A stretch of 64,000 bases of DNA. Origin: Armatimonadota bacterium. Lineage in GTDB: Bacteria > Armatimonadota > UBA10988. The stretch is from NCBI GenBank assembly GCA_016235455.1, contig JACRKZ010000073.1, positions 14,175 to 78,174 of the forward strand, written 5' to 3'. Each line of letters opens with the position of its first letter. Position 1 is the first letter of the stretch. Both the position numbers and the translations under genes were made by a program. Shown one piece after another: positions 49,252 through 59,277 of the stretch. The notes under the pieces were generated by a model. It saw only the letters and a list, made by a program, of their open reading frames with translations, did no database searches and was not told the DNA's origin.

Positions 49252-50553
49252 ATGTCGGCAGGTGGCCTCAGTCGTTGGCGAACCATGAGCCGCGCCTTGC
49301 GGCATCCCAATTTCCGACTGTTCTTCATGGGCCAGGGCATCAGCCTCATCGGCACGTGGATGCAGATGATCGCCACCAGTTGGCTGGTCTACCGGCTGAC
49401 CAACTCCGCCTACTGGCTGGGCATGAGCAGCTTCGCGAGCCGCATCCCGTCGGTCGTGCTCACGCCGCTGGCCGGCGTGCTGGTGGACCGCTTCAACCGC
49501 CAGCGCATCGTTATCGCGGCCCAGGTGCTGGCCGCGGTGCAAGCGGCCATTCTGGCCGCGCTGTGCCTGACGCACACGGTACAGGTCTGGCATGTCATCG
49601 CTCTTGGCGCGCTGCTGGGCGTCGCCAACGCGTTCGATGTGCCAGCCCGACAGTCGTTCATCGTGCACCTCGTCGAGGACCGCGACGACCTGAGCAATGC
49701 CATCGCGCTCAACTCGTCGATGTTCAACAGCGCGCGCCTCATCGGGCCGGCCGTGGCCGGGGCGCTGACCGCGGCGTTCGGCGAGGGCATCTGCTTCCTG
49801 CTCAACGCGCTGAGCTACATCGCGGTGATCTGGGCGCTGCTGGCCATGAAGCTGCCGCCGCAGGAGTCCAAGGGCAATGCCGGTGTGCCGGTCCTGCAGG
49901 GCTTGGCCGAAGGCTGCCGCTACGCCTGGTCCATGCAGCCGATCCGCATCCTTATCGGGCTGATCGCCCTGGCCAGCCTGATGGGCACGCCGTACATGGT
50001 GTTGCTGCCCAAGTACGCCAAGGAGTTCCTGCACTCCGGCCCCAAGGGCTTTGGCTGGCTGATGGGCGCCTCGGGGGTCGGGGCGCTGTGCGGCGCGATC
50101 TACCTGGCCGGGCGGCAATCGGTGGTCGGCCTCGAGCGACTCATCCCGCGCGCCACGGTCGCCTTCAGCCTCGGCCTCATCGGCCTGTCGTTTTCGCGCA
50201 GCTTCGGTCTGTCGTGGTTGCTCATGGTGGTCACCGGCGGATCCATGATGGTTCAGATGGCCTCGTGCAACACCATGCTCCAGGCGATTGTCGATGATGA
50301 CAAGCGTGGCCGCGTCATGAGCCTGTACGCCCTGTCGTTCATGGGCACCGCGCCGCTGGGAGGCCTGATGGCCGGCCAACTGGGCGACCGCTTCGGCGTG
50401 CCGCACACCATTCTGTTCGGCGGCGTGGTGACGCTGTGCGTGGCGCTGGTCTTCCTGTCCCAGATGACCGCGTTCAGCGCCAAGGTGCGGCCGATGTTCG
50501 TCAACAAGGGCATCCTGCGCGACACGATCGCCGAGGAGCAGTCGGGAGGATAG
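49252..50553 (+). CDS. MFS transporter (MFS_3/DHA3-like)
   Basis: NFRLFFMGQGISLIGTWMQ, GVLVDRFNR, PARQS, ARLIGPAVAG, RGRVMS. Confidence 0.92.
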   Translation: MSAGGLSRWRTMSRALRHPNFRLFFMGQGISLIGTWMQMIATSWLVYRLTNSAYWLGMSSFASRIPSVVLTPLAGVLVDRFNRQRIVIAAQVLAAVQAAILAALCLTHTVQVWHVIALGALLGVANAFDVPARQSFIVHLVEDRDDLSNAIALNSSMFNSARLIGPAVAGALTAAFGEGICFLLNALSYIAVIWALLAMKLPPQESKGNAGVPVLQGLAEGCRYAWSMQPIRILIGLIALASLMGTPYMVLLPKYAKEFLHSGPKGFGWLMGASGVGALCGAIYLAGRQSVVGLERLIPRATVAFSLGLIGLSFSRSFGLSWLLMVVTGGSMMVQMASCNTMLQAIVDDDKRGRVMSLYALSFMGTAPLGGLMAGQLGDRFGVPHTILFGGVVTLCVALVFLSQMTAFSAKVRPMFVNKGILRDTIAEEQSGG

Positions 50554-50558
50554 GGTAG

Positions 50559-51341
50559 ATGGCGCTGCTGCATGTGGACTTCTTCAGTGAATCGCTCGGC
50601 CTGAGCTGCAACATGGACGTCATCCTGCCGCAGCCGACGACGCGGCAGATCGGCCTGGACGGCGCCACGACGGCCGGCCCCTACAAGACGCTCTATCTGC
50701 TGCACGGCATGAGCGACGACCACACCATCTGGCAACGGCGCACGTCCATTGAGCGCTACGTCTCCACGCTGCCGCTGGCCGTGGTCATGCCGGCGGTCAG
50801 CCGCAGTATGTACTGCGATATGGCGCACGGCTTGCGCTACTGGACGTTCGTGGCCGACGAATTGCCAGCGCTCTGCCGGTCGTGGTTCCCGCTGTCGGCC
50901 GCGCGCGAAGACAATTTCGTGGCCGGACTGTCCATGGGCGGCTACGGCGCGTTCAAGCTGGCCCTGGCCCGGCCCACGCAGTTCGCCGCGGCGGCCAGCC
51001 TGTCCGGTGCGCTCGACGTGGCTACCAGGCTGGGTGAAGCCGAAGGCGACTGGCGCCGTGAGATGGAGAACGTCTACGGCGACCTGACCACGGTGGCCGG
51101 CAGCGACAACGACCTGCTCGCGCTCCTCGACAAGCTCGCCGCAAGCGAGCAGCCGCGGCCGCGCCTGTTCCAGTGGTGCGGCACCGAGGACTTCCTCTAC
51201 GAGCACAACCACAGCTTCCTGACCCGCGCCGCCCAAGCCGGCGTGGCCGTCGACTACACCGAAGGGCCGGGCGGCCACACCTGGGATAAATGGGATGAGC
51301 AGATCCAGAATGTGCTGACCTGGCTGGCTGTCGGCGGCTAA
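50559..51341 (+). CDS. Alpha/beta-hydrolase esterase (FrmB/tributyrin esterase-like)
   Basis: LYLLHG, GLSMGGYG, CGTEDFL, GGHTW. Confidence 0.9.
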   Translation: MALLHVDFFSESLGLSCNMDVILPQPTTRQIGLDGATTAGPYKTLYLLHGMSDDHTIWQRRTSIERYVSTLPLAVVMPAVSRSMYCDMAHGLRYWTFVADELPALCRSWFPLSAAREDNFVAGLSMGGYGAFKLALARPTQFAAAASLSGALDVATRLGEAEGDWRREMENVYGDLTTVAGSDNDLLALLDKLAASEQPRPRLFQWCGTEDFLYEHNHSFLTRAAQAGVAVDYTEGPGGHTWDKWDEQIQNVLTWLAVGG

Positions 51342-51345
51342 CGCG

Positions 51346-52137
51346 ATGGTCCGGCGCACGTTTTGGCGACTGGTCTGGCTGGCGGCGTTCTGCGCGCTGG
51401 CCGGTCTGGCCGCCACGGCGTTACCGGGCGGACTGGCGCGGCCTGGCAGCCCAAACCTGCGGCAGGCACATGACAAGGCGCTCGGCCAGTTGGCCTTGAC
51501 CAGCAGCGAGCAGGCCGATCTCGGCCGCGTCTACCACGCGCAGATGCTGCGTGAGACGCCTGAGGTGCGCGGTGCCGAGGCCACGCGGGTGGCGCGGCTG
51601 GGCCGGCGACTGGCGCGCGGTGTCCGCGGCCGCGTGCGGTTCTATGTCCTCGGCGATGCGCACATCAATGCCTTCTCGCATGTCGGTGGCTATGTGTACG
51701 TGAACCGCGGCCTGCTGGCAGCCATTTCGGGCGACGACGAGCTGGCCTTCGTGCTGGCGCACGAGTTGGGTCATCTGGCGCTGGGCCATTGTGCGCGCGC
51801 GGCGGCGGTCAGCTATCGCGCCGCACAGAACGGCGGCGCCTTGGCCGGCGCGCTCGCGGGCCGTGCCTACCAGGTGGCCACTGCGGGCTACAGCCGGGAC
51901 AATGAGTTCGCCGCCGACGCCTTCGGCGCGCGGCTGCTTCGGCAGCGGGGCATGAGCACGCGCGGTGCGGTGACGCTCATGCAGCGGTTGGCGGGCATGG
52001 AAGCCATCGCCAAGCGTGAGCGCGACCCGAACGACTGGAAGCGGCGCCTGGGCGACCACTTCGCCACCCACCCGCCGAGCGAGGAACGCCTGCGCCGACT
52101 GACTACTCCGAGCCGGCGTCCTTCATCCGGCTCTTGA
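51346..52137 (+). CDS. M48 family metalloprotease
   Basis: INAF, VLAHELGH, YSRDNEFAAD, ATHP..EER. Confidence 0.88.
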   Translation: MVRRTFWRLVWLAAFCALAGLAATALPGGLARPGSPNLRQAHDKALGQLALTSSEQADLGRVYHAQMLRETPEVRGAEATRVARLGRRLARGVRGRVRFYVLGDAHINAFSHVGGYVYVNRGLLAAISGDDELAFVLAHELGHLALGHCARAAAVSYRAAQNGGALAGALAGRAYQVATAGYSRDNEFAADAFGARLLRQRGMSTRGAVTLMQRLAGMEAIAKRERDPNDWKRRLGDHFATHPPSEERLRRLTTPSRRPSSGS

Positions 52138-52555
52138 GCCCGCCGCCACCACCCTCGTCGTTCTCGCCCTGCTTGGCGCCACCGGGGCCTGCCTGGCCCG
52201 GCACGAAGCGGCCGCCACCACCGGAGCCGTAGCCCTTGGGCAGGTCGGCCGGCTTGGCGGAGTCGGTCTCGACGGTCTTACCCAGGAAGGGGAAGATGCG
52301 GTAGACCATCTTGCCACCGTGCCACAGGTTGACGGCGAGCATGAGGATGGTCAGCCACTTGAACATCGTGCGGCTGGATTCCACCGCGCTGTAGGCGTCG
52401 GACGAGAGCTTGAGGTTGACCATGGTGTTGCCCCACCACTCATGCTCGTCGTCCTCATTGCGCAGCAACAGCCACATCACCAGGGCCAGCGCCAGGAGCA
52501 TGACGCGCCAGATGCTGCCCGCCATCATCGGATCGGAACGGAGTTGGTCTAGCAT
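52103..52555 (-). CDS. Hypothetical 2-TM membrane protein with Gly-rich tail
   Basis: GGGAG RBS, two hydrophobic helices, host-like codon bias, 13 bp after the prepilin gene. Confidence 0.6.
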   Translation of the reverse strand: MLDQLRSDPMMAGSIWRVMLLALALVMWLLLRNEDDEHEWWGNTMVNLKLSSDAYSAVESSRTMFKWLTILMLAVNLWHGGKMVYRIFPFLGKTVETDSAKPADLPKGYGSGGGGRFVPGQAGPGGAKQGENDEGGGGGLKSRMKDAGSE

Positions 52556-52568
52556 GGCTGGCTCCCGG

Positions 52569-53240
52569 TCAGTAGTAGAAGATGTTGTTCGCGGGCCCGT
52601 ACCAGATGTCGTTGCCGAACACCGACTCCGCGATGTTCTTGGCGTGCCCATCCAGGTACAGGAGGTTCAGCCGCTCGTCGTGGTTGGCCTGACCGTTGTA
52701 GAAGGCGCGCACGTAGCTGCCGGGCGCCTGCGGGTCGGGGGAGGGGTTGATGGCGCACCAAGTGGCATCGAAGCACCAGTCGTACAGCAGGCAGATGCCT
52801 GACGGGTTCGGCGCGGCGTCCATCATCTTGCCCGCGACGCAGCCGTTCATGATGTACGACAGAGGCGGCACGCTCGAGTTGTTGCCGGGCGCCTCGCCGA
52901 TGGTGTCCTTGCAGATGTAGACCTCGTAGCTCTTGACATACGGGTAGAGACCGTTCGCCCAGCAGGAGTGCGTGGTCCAGTCGTCCACGCAGTAACCCAG
53001 CTTTTGAAAGGAATTCTCGAACGTCGTCCGCGGCTGGTCGGGCATGATGTGGTCATAGTCCATGGCGTACATCATGAACGCCTTGCCCAACTGGCTCATG
53101 TTCGAGGTGCAGACGATGGCCTCGGCCTTGTTGCGGGCCTTGGCAAAAGCCGGGAACATCATGCTGGCCAGGATCGAGATGATGGAGATGACCACCAGTA
53201 GCTCGATGAGCGTAAAGCCGCCGCCGCGCGTGCGCCGCAT
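52569..53240 (-). CDS. Prepilin-type N-terminal cleavage/methylation protein with H-X9-DG motif (DUF1559-like)
   Basis: GFTLIELLVVISIISIL..MFPAFAKAR, CTSNMSQLG, HDERLNLLYLDGH. Confidence 0.92.
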   Translation of the reverse strand: MRRTRGGGFTLIELLVVISIISILASMMFPAFAKARNKAEAIVCTSNMSQLGKAFMMYAMDYDHIMPDQPRTTFENSFQKLGYCVDDWTTHSCWANGLYPYVKSYEVYICKDTIGEAPGNNSSVPPLSYIMNGCVAGKMMDAAPNPSGICLLYDWCFDATWCAINPSPDPQAPGSYVRAFYNGQANHDERLNLLYLDGHAKNIAESVFGNDIWYGPANNIFYY

Positions 53241-53305
53241 CCCGTACTCCTCACCCCCGCGGATTATCGCATTCAGGGACGCCAAGTCAAGGTGCTTGGT
53301 TCACA

Positions 53306-56300
53306 CTAGCGTGCCCACTTGCCAAGGCTCTCGAGCAGCGTGCCCATGTCCTCCACGATCTCGATGATGCTCTCCCGCCCGGTCAACCGGGTCAGTTGTT
53401 GCCGGGCGGTGCACGGACCCATCTGACCGTTGCCAAAGGACTGCATGATGGCCTGCACCCGCTGCCAGTGCTCGGTGGCCCGGCCCAGGTTCTCCGCCGC
53501 CTGGGCCGAGCGCGCCGGGGCCGCGCGCAGCAGGTTAAGCAGCTTGGTGCCGATGTCCTTGGCCGTGCCGCGACAGACCTCCGCCAGGCGCTCGTCCGGA
53601 GTCAGTCCGGGCCGGTGCAGCATGTCCCATGCTTTGCCACGGGTCACGTCGGCCGCCTGCTGTGCCCATCCCGACCGCAGCGCCGCCACGTTGCGCGGAT
53701 CGTCCAGACAGGCCAACCAGCCACCGGCCACGTCGGAGAACCGATCGCCGACATCCTTGTAGCTCTCGGGGTGGATACTGGTCGTCACGTTCTCCCAGGC
53801 CCGCTCGGCGCTGCGGCCGGTGGCGCCGGCGAAGGCGTCCTCGTAGGCCTGCCGGGCACCTGTCTGCCACTCGTGCAGGCCGATCTCCCGCCCGTTGCGA
53901 CGAAGCCAGACATTGCGCACCAGGTTCCCGTCCGGTCCAGGCACCCAGTTCGGCTGCTCGAGCAAGCGCAGATCGAAGTCCATGCCGGCTCGGCCGCTGT
54001 TGGCGGCGTTGCTGATCGGTGCGACCCGCTGACGCGCGAACCCCTGCACCGCCATCAGGTCGTGGAATCGGGCCTCCACGTCGGCATGGATGCCACGGTG
54101 ATAGGCCTCGTAGGCTCGGCGCGTGGCCGGCGCCGCCTGGCCCGACTTGAGCAGGAAGGTCTTGGCGTGTGGGTCGCAGAGGATGTCCACCGCCAGTTCG
54201 TTGGCCGCGCGCTGCAACTGCTGGATGCGCTCGGGCGTCGCGCCCGACTGGCCGGCAGCTTGGACACGGGCCTGCGCCTGCTCGAAGGCCTTGACGCGGT
54301 CGATGCCACGCTGGCGAGCCGCCATGAACTCCGGCGACTCACCACCGCCGACGATCTTGCCCAGTACCCAGGCCACCGCCAGTGCCTTGCCGCTCTCCTT
54401 GGCGGCGCCGGTCCAGCCCTCGCGCTCGTAGCCGTCGAGCCCGGCCACTGCGGTCATGCCCACCGTCGATGACCACGCGACCGCCTGCTTGACGGCATCG
54501 ACCGGTCGACCGGTGTCGGCGTACCCAGTTGCCCCCGCGTACAGCATCGTGCCCACCCGAGGAAGCCAGCTGGGTGCCGCACAGATGGCCGGCAGTTCGG
54601 CCAGCCCGGCGGTGACGATGGTTGTCGTGCCGGCGATCAACAGGGTCTGGTTGTACGAAGCCTGGTCCGCGTCGGTGCGAGCTTCATCGCCCTGGGCGCG
54701 GGCCAGTGCCATGTCGGCCTTGGTCTTGACGCGCTTGGCGACGAAGTCGGCCACGCGCCGCACCGCGGCCCAGTCGCCACGCCGCACCGCGCCCTGCTCG
54801 ACGATCTGTTGGTGGATGAACGCACGCAGGGCATCGCCTTCGTCTGGATCCTGCTCGGCCAGGCGGTAGGCGGCGGCCACCTGGCGTTGCGACTGCATCA
54901 GGCCAAGCTGGTCGGTGCGTATGTTCTGCAGGAAGAGGTCGTGAGCGTAATCGTCAAACGGCGTGCGTGTGTGGACCGTCTGCCCGGTCTCCAACGATGC
55001 GACCAGGTCCTGATCGGCCTGGCGGCTGGTGCGCGCCTGCATCAGGCGCTGCATGAGTTCCAGGCGGCGAGCGTCGCCGCGTTCGGCGTCGAGTTCGCTC
55101 TGCAGACTGGCCAGCAGCCTTTCGGTGTAAGCCATGCCGGCGCGGATTTCGGCCACGCGCACCGCGCGTGCCTCGATCTCGTCCGGGTCCAGCCCGGGCG
55201 GGCTCGGAGCGCTGCCCGATCCGCCCGCCGGTTCGACCGGGGTGGTGGCCGGGCTGCCGTCAAGCGGTCCGCAGACGAACGGCGTCAGTGTGCGCCCCGT
55301 CGGATCATAGGTGTATTCGTAGACCACCTCGTAGCGCACCAGCACGGTCTCGCTGTCCTCAATGGTGCTGCTCATCTCCAACCAGAAGGTGCGCTCGCGC
55401 GGTTCGTCGCCGGCAGGCGGCACGCGCAGCGCGATCTGCCGGCGCATGGGCGACATGGTGTAGCCGCGCTGGGCGTCTGCTTCCTCTGACCAGTTGCCCG
55501 CGACCACCATGGCGTCATCGTTGCCGACAGCGGCGTCAGGACGCTTCGGAGTGAGCCAGGTAGCCTCTGAGGTCATCGGTTCATGGTGGGAGTTCTCGGG
55601 GATGGGCAGGTCGGCCACCGGCGCCGGTACATCCGTGTCGTTGGCGCGGCCCGGCTCGAACCGGGCGGTGCGAGCCGTGATGCGGCCCAGCACGGCACCA
55701 TGCGGGATGATCCGTTGCAGCGCGCCCTCGCGGGCTGATACCTCCTGGTACTGGCCGACGCGCTTGGCGGCGCCAATGGGCATCGCCAGGCGCGCCTGCT
55801 GGCTGGTGGCCGGGATGCGTGACGGCGGTTGGGCCCAGGTCAGCGACACCGTGCCCAGATGGTCCCAGACCGCTCCGTCGCACGTGGCCCGGTAGCGTGC
55901 GGTCAAGGCGACCTCAGCCAGGCCGCTGGGTTCGGCGGCGAGCCGGTCGAAGCGCTCGGTGCAGCCCTCCTGTTGACAGGGAGCCGGTCGGCCGGGCCGC
56001 AGGGCGATCTTGCGGTTGGTCAGCACCCAGCACGGTGTGAACGGCTCGCCGCTGACGACGGCCTTGGCCGAAGCCACCGCCACCGGCTTCGCGTCGGGGC
56101 CGAGCAGCGCCGCGCGCACGCGATAGACGCCCGGTTTGGCATAGGCGTGCTTGGCGGGTGCCAGCGCACCGGTGCCGCTGGCACCGTCGCCCCAACTCCA
56201 GCCGAGCGTGTACTTGCCCGGCAACTGGTTCAGCTTGGGGGTGAAGGTAACCGTCTCATTGGGGGCCACCACGGCGCGCTCGGGGCTGAGCGCGATGTTG

Positions 56301-57787
56301 GGCAGGTTTTCACGCACGGTCGTGACGTGGGCCAGCGCTCGCCGCCGCACCGTCTCTGCCGCCTGCTTGGGGCTCGGCAGTGGCCCGAGCGCCTCGATCG
56401 CCCGGGCGAGCACCTTCAGGCGCTTTTGGGCGGCCTCCAGCAACGCCTTCTGGCCAATCGCCGTGCTGGCTGCCGTGCGCGTCGCGGCCTCGTTGCTGTA
56501 GAGCGCGGCCAGGCGGGCCTCCTGGACCGCGGCCTCGGTCTCGTAGGCGGCGAGGGCCACGGCCTGGCGGAGCGATGCCACCTCCTGCAGCAGGGGCGTG
56601 AGCCGGGTGAAGTAGTCGTCCAGTTCGGGTGAGCTGACCTGGAAGTAGGGCGCCCACCGGGCCACGAAGCGGGCTTCGTCCTCGGCGCTCAGCGGGCCCT
56701 GCACGGCGCGCATGGCGGCCATGGCCGCTGCCGCCGCGCCGCCGGCGAACACGGGCGCCGCGTCGACCGGCGAGAGCGAGGGCTTGAGTTCCAGCAGGTC
56801 GCCCGAGCCGGGTGTGCGCGAGATGCTCGGCAGACCGGGCAGCGCTGGTGTTGGCGGCACGGTTGGCGCGGGCGCCTCCCAGTCGGCGTTGAGGCGCTCA
56901 ATCGCCGCGACCACCTGGGCTGCCGTGTAGGGCGGCCTGGTGGTCAGCCAGGCGCCTTCGACCTTGGCCGGCGCCACCAGCTTGTCCACATCGCTGTCGC
57001 GCAGCCAGGCCCGCTGGTCGCCCGCGACCAGGAACAGGCCCGAGTAGCGGGGCAGGACGCGCCATTCGCTCAGCGAGACCCGCATCCGCGCGGCGGTCGC
57101 TTCGGCCTCGGCGCCCAGCGGCGGCTTCATCACGTAGACCGCGGTCGCCAGCCCGCGCTCGTCGGCCAGCAGCCGCAACGCGGTGGCCACCTCAAGGATC
57201 TGCAGGCTGTCCCAGGTCTTCGTGTCGTCGATGACGCGTTGTCGCAGGTCGACCGTGCCGCTGACGGCACGTGGCATGCCGCGGTCTTCTGGCGCCGCCA
57301 ACCGCAGGGCGGCCAGCAGCTTCTGCGCGGCTGCGGGCAAGGTGGCCACCGCGCCCTTGGCACGCAGCCTGACGCAGTACACCCGGCGCAGGTTGTAAGG
57401 GCTGATCGTCCACACCGTGGCGCCCTCCACCCCGTGGCGGACGATCTCGGTGGCGCATCCCGCGACTTCGATGGCCGTCGCCTCGAACCGGGCGGGATGG
57501 GCATTGCGCAGACGGCGGCGCGTGGCGTCGAGCGCGCGTCGGCGCTCCTCGGCCGAGGTGCAAGGCAGGACGCCACTGCCGAGCATGGCAGTCAGGCCGG
57601 CGGCATCCGCTCCACCGTAGGTGAGCGACACCGCGCCGGGGTCGCCTAGATTGCTGGCGGCCAGCACGGTCCAGCCGGCCGGCAGCTCGGCCGAGAGCTC
57701 GCCTACGCGCACCGCGGCGCCTTGGGCGACACTCGCCGCGCAGAGGCACAGCAAGACAGTCAGTCCCGTGGATCGCGTGGCGCGCAT
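53306..57787 (-). CDS. Large secreted multidomain protein (TPM-like, PKD, coiled coil, hydrophobic segment, unknown C-terminal domain)
   Basis: 1493-aa ORF, signal peptide, AAGGA RBS, PKD motif WSWGDG...HAYAKPGVY. Confidence 0.7.
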   Translation of the reverse strand: MRATRSTGLTVLLCLCAASVAQGAAVRVGELSAELPAGWTVLAASNLGDPGAVSLTYGGADAAGLTAMLGSGVLPCTSAEERRRALDATRRRLRNAHPARFEATAIEVAGCATEIVRHGVEGATVWTISPYNLRRVYCVRLRAKGAVATLPAAAQKLLAALRLAAPEDRGMPRAVSGTVDLRQRVIDDTKTWDSLQILEVATALRLLADERGLATAVYVMKPPLGAEAEATAARMRVSLSEWRVLPRYSGLFLVAGDQRAWLRDSDVDKLVAPAKVEGAWLTTRPPYTAAQVVAAIERLNADWEAPAPTVPPTPALPGLPSISRTPGSGDLLELKPSLSPVDAAPVFAGGAAAAAMAAMRAVQGPLSAEDEARFVARWAPYFQVSSPELDDYFTRLTPLLQEVASLRQAVALAAYETEAAVQEARLAALYSNEAATRTAASTAIGQKALLEAAQKRLKVLARAIEALGPLPSPKQAAETVRRRALAHVTTVRENLPNIALSPERAVVAPNETVTFTPKLNQLPGKYTLGWSWGDGASGTGALAPAKHAYAKPGVYRVRAALLGPDAKPVAVASAKAVVSGEPFTPCWVLTNRKIALRPGRPAPCQQEGCTERFDRLAAEPSGLAEVALTARYRATCDGAVWDHLGTVSLTWAQPPSRIPATSQQARLAMPIGAAKRVGQYQEVSAREGALQRIIPHGAVLGRITARTARFEPGRANDTDVPAPVADLPIPENSHHEPMTSEATWLTPKRPDAAVGNDDAMVVAGNWSEEADAQRGYTMSPMRRQIALRVPPAGDEPRERTFWLEMSSTIEDSETVLVRYEVVYEYTYDPTGRTLTPFVCGPLDGSPATTPVEPAGGSGSAPSPPGLDPDEIEARAVRVAEIRAGMAYTERLLASLQSELDAERGDARRLELMQRLMQARTSRQADQDLVASLETGQTVHTRTPFDDYAHDLFLQNIRTDQLGLMQSQRQVAAAYRLAEQDPDEGDALRAFIHQQIVEQGAVRRGDWAAVRRVADFVAKRVKTKADMALARAQGDEARTDADQASYNQTLLIAGTTTIVTAGLAELPAICAAPSWLPRVGTMLYAGATGYADTGRPVDAVKQAVAWSSTVGMTAVAGLDGYEREGWTGAAKESGKALAVAWVLGKIVGGGESPEFMAARQRGIDRVKAFEQAQARVQAAGQSGATPERIQQLQRAANELAVDILCDPHAKTFLLKSGQAAPATRRAYEAYHRGIHADVEARFHDLMAVQGFARQRVAPISNAANSGRAGMDFDLRLLEQPNWVPGPDGNLVRNVWLRRNGREIGLHEWQTGARQAYEDAFAGATGRSAERAWENVTTSIHPESYKDVGDRFSDVAGGWLACLDDPRNVAALRSGWAQQAADVTRGKAWDMLHRPGLTPDERLAEVCRGTAKDIGTKLLNLLRAAPARSAQAAENLGRATEHWQRVQAIMQSFGNGQMGPCTARQQLTRLTGRESIIEIVEDMGTLLESLGKWAR

Positions 57788-57867
57788 GGCAGCATTCCTT
57801 TGCTGCTGGCGATTGTGTCATTTGCTGGCGCGGGCCGCCAGTAGGGCTTGAGCCACGCACCTTCGGG

Positions 57868-57873
57868 TATAAT
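57868..57873 (+). promoter_or_regulatory. -10 box of a probable leaderless transcript
   Basis: Perfect TATAAT ending 6 nt before the GTG start; no SD in between. Confidence 0.55.
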
Positions 57874-57879
57874 CTGGGT

Positions 57880-59277
57880 GTGAGACCGTTCCTCTTGGTG
57901 ATTGGGTGCCTGTGGCTGACCGCCACACCGGGCATCAGTGCGCTCGCGCGCTTCGAGCCGCCCAACGGCTGCTACCTGGGCGCCTTCATCGAACACGATT
58001 CCCGCGCGCGCGGCGACTTCGCCGCCTTTGAGCGCATTGTTGGCCGGCGCCATGCCTGCTACATCAACTACGCGGGCTATGGCCGGCCGTTTCCCTCGCT
58101 GTGGGTGGAGAAGGTTGGCGCTCACGGCGCGGCCGCGCACATCGCCTTCGAGCCTAATGGCGGGCTAGACAAGATCCGCGACGACACCTACCTGCGCGGC
58201 TGGGCGCAGGCGGCCGGCGCCAGCGGCGTGCCGATCTTCCTGCGCTTCGCCTCCGAGATGAACGGCAACTGGATGGCCTATTGCGGCAATCCCGCGCTGT
58301 ACATCGAGAAGTGGCGGCTCGTGGCGAGGATCATGCGCGAGGAAGCACCCAACGTCGCACTTGTCTGGTGCCCGTTCAGCAGCCCGCGCGACAACATCCC
58401 CGCCTACTATCCCGGCGACGACTATGTCGACTGGGTCGGCGTGAACATCTACAGCGTGGTCTACCACAACGGCGATCGCAGTCAGCCCGCGGACGGCGAG
58501 GACCCTCGCGAGGAACTGCTCCGGTCGGTGTACGACCTCTACGCCGCGCGCCGGCCGATCATGATCTGCGAGTACGCCGCCACGAGCCTGTGCAAAGTGG
58601 TTGGCAAGCCCACCACCGCCTTCGCCGTGCGCAAGATGACCGACCTGTACAGCGCGCTGCCGCAGCGGTTTCCCCGCGTTAAGTGCGTGCAGTGGTTCTC
58701 ATGGGACGCCCATGCCTCGGACATGGCCAACAACGATTACTCGTTGACCACCCATGCCGAAGTGACCAAGGCCTATGCCGCGCTGACCGCCTCGGACTAC
58801 TTCCGCAGCGAGGTCGTTCTGCCGGTGCGGCCGCGCCCGTTGCTCGCGCAGGCCACGCTGCCGGCGGCCATCCGTCCCGCGGCGCGCGACCGCGCCGTGC
58901 CGCGCGGGCCGTTCCCGCCGTGGCCCAAGCCGGCGCTGGTCAGCGTGCCGCGCACGCCGCTGGTGCCCGACGAGGACGTCAGCCTGCGGCCCATCCGCAG
59001 TGACTTCGGGCTGCTCGGCTTGCGGCCCGGCCAACGCGTGGTGGACAAGCTGACCGTGTCGGTCTACCATCCAGCCGAGTGGACTGTGTCCATGGTGGTG
59101 GGCCTGGTCAACGGTAAGGTGGTGTTCGCCTCCAACCGCCCGCCCTTCGCGTGGACGTTCGACGCGGCGGTCCTGGATCCCGGTCGGTATGAACTGGCCG
59201 TGCGCGTGACGCGCGGCGACGGCACGACAGTCACCTCACCGCCCGTCGGCGTCGAGGTGCGGAGGGCCCAACCATGA
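57880..59277 (+). CDS. GH26-family glycoside hydrolase with C-terminal Ig-like domain
   Basis: Signal peptide, FLRFASEMNGNW, YYPGDDYVDWVGVNIY, IMICEY; LDPGRYELAVR. Confidence 0.85.
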   Translation: MRPFLLVIGCLWLTATPGISALARFEPPNGCYLGAFIEHDSRARGDFAAFERIVGRRHACYINYAGYGRPFPSLWVEKVGAHGAAAHIAFEPNGGLDKIRDDTYLRGWAQAAGASGVPIFLRFASEMNGNWMAYCGNPALYIEKWRLVARIMREEAPNVALVWCPFSSPRDNIPAYYPGDDYVDWVGVNIYSVVYHNGDRSQPADGEDPREELLRSVYDLYAARRPIMICEYAATSLCKVVGKPTTAFAVRKMTDLYSALPQRFPRVKCVQWFSWDAHASDMANNDYSLTTHAEVTKAYAALTASDYFRSEVVLPVRPRPLLAQATLPAAIRPAARDRAVPRGPFPPWPKPALVSVPRTPLVPDEDVSLRPIRSDFGLLGLRPGQRVVDKLTVSVYHPAEWTVSMVVGLVNGKVVFASNRPPFAWTFDAAVLDPGRYELAVRVTRGDGTTVTSPPVGVEVRRAQP

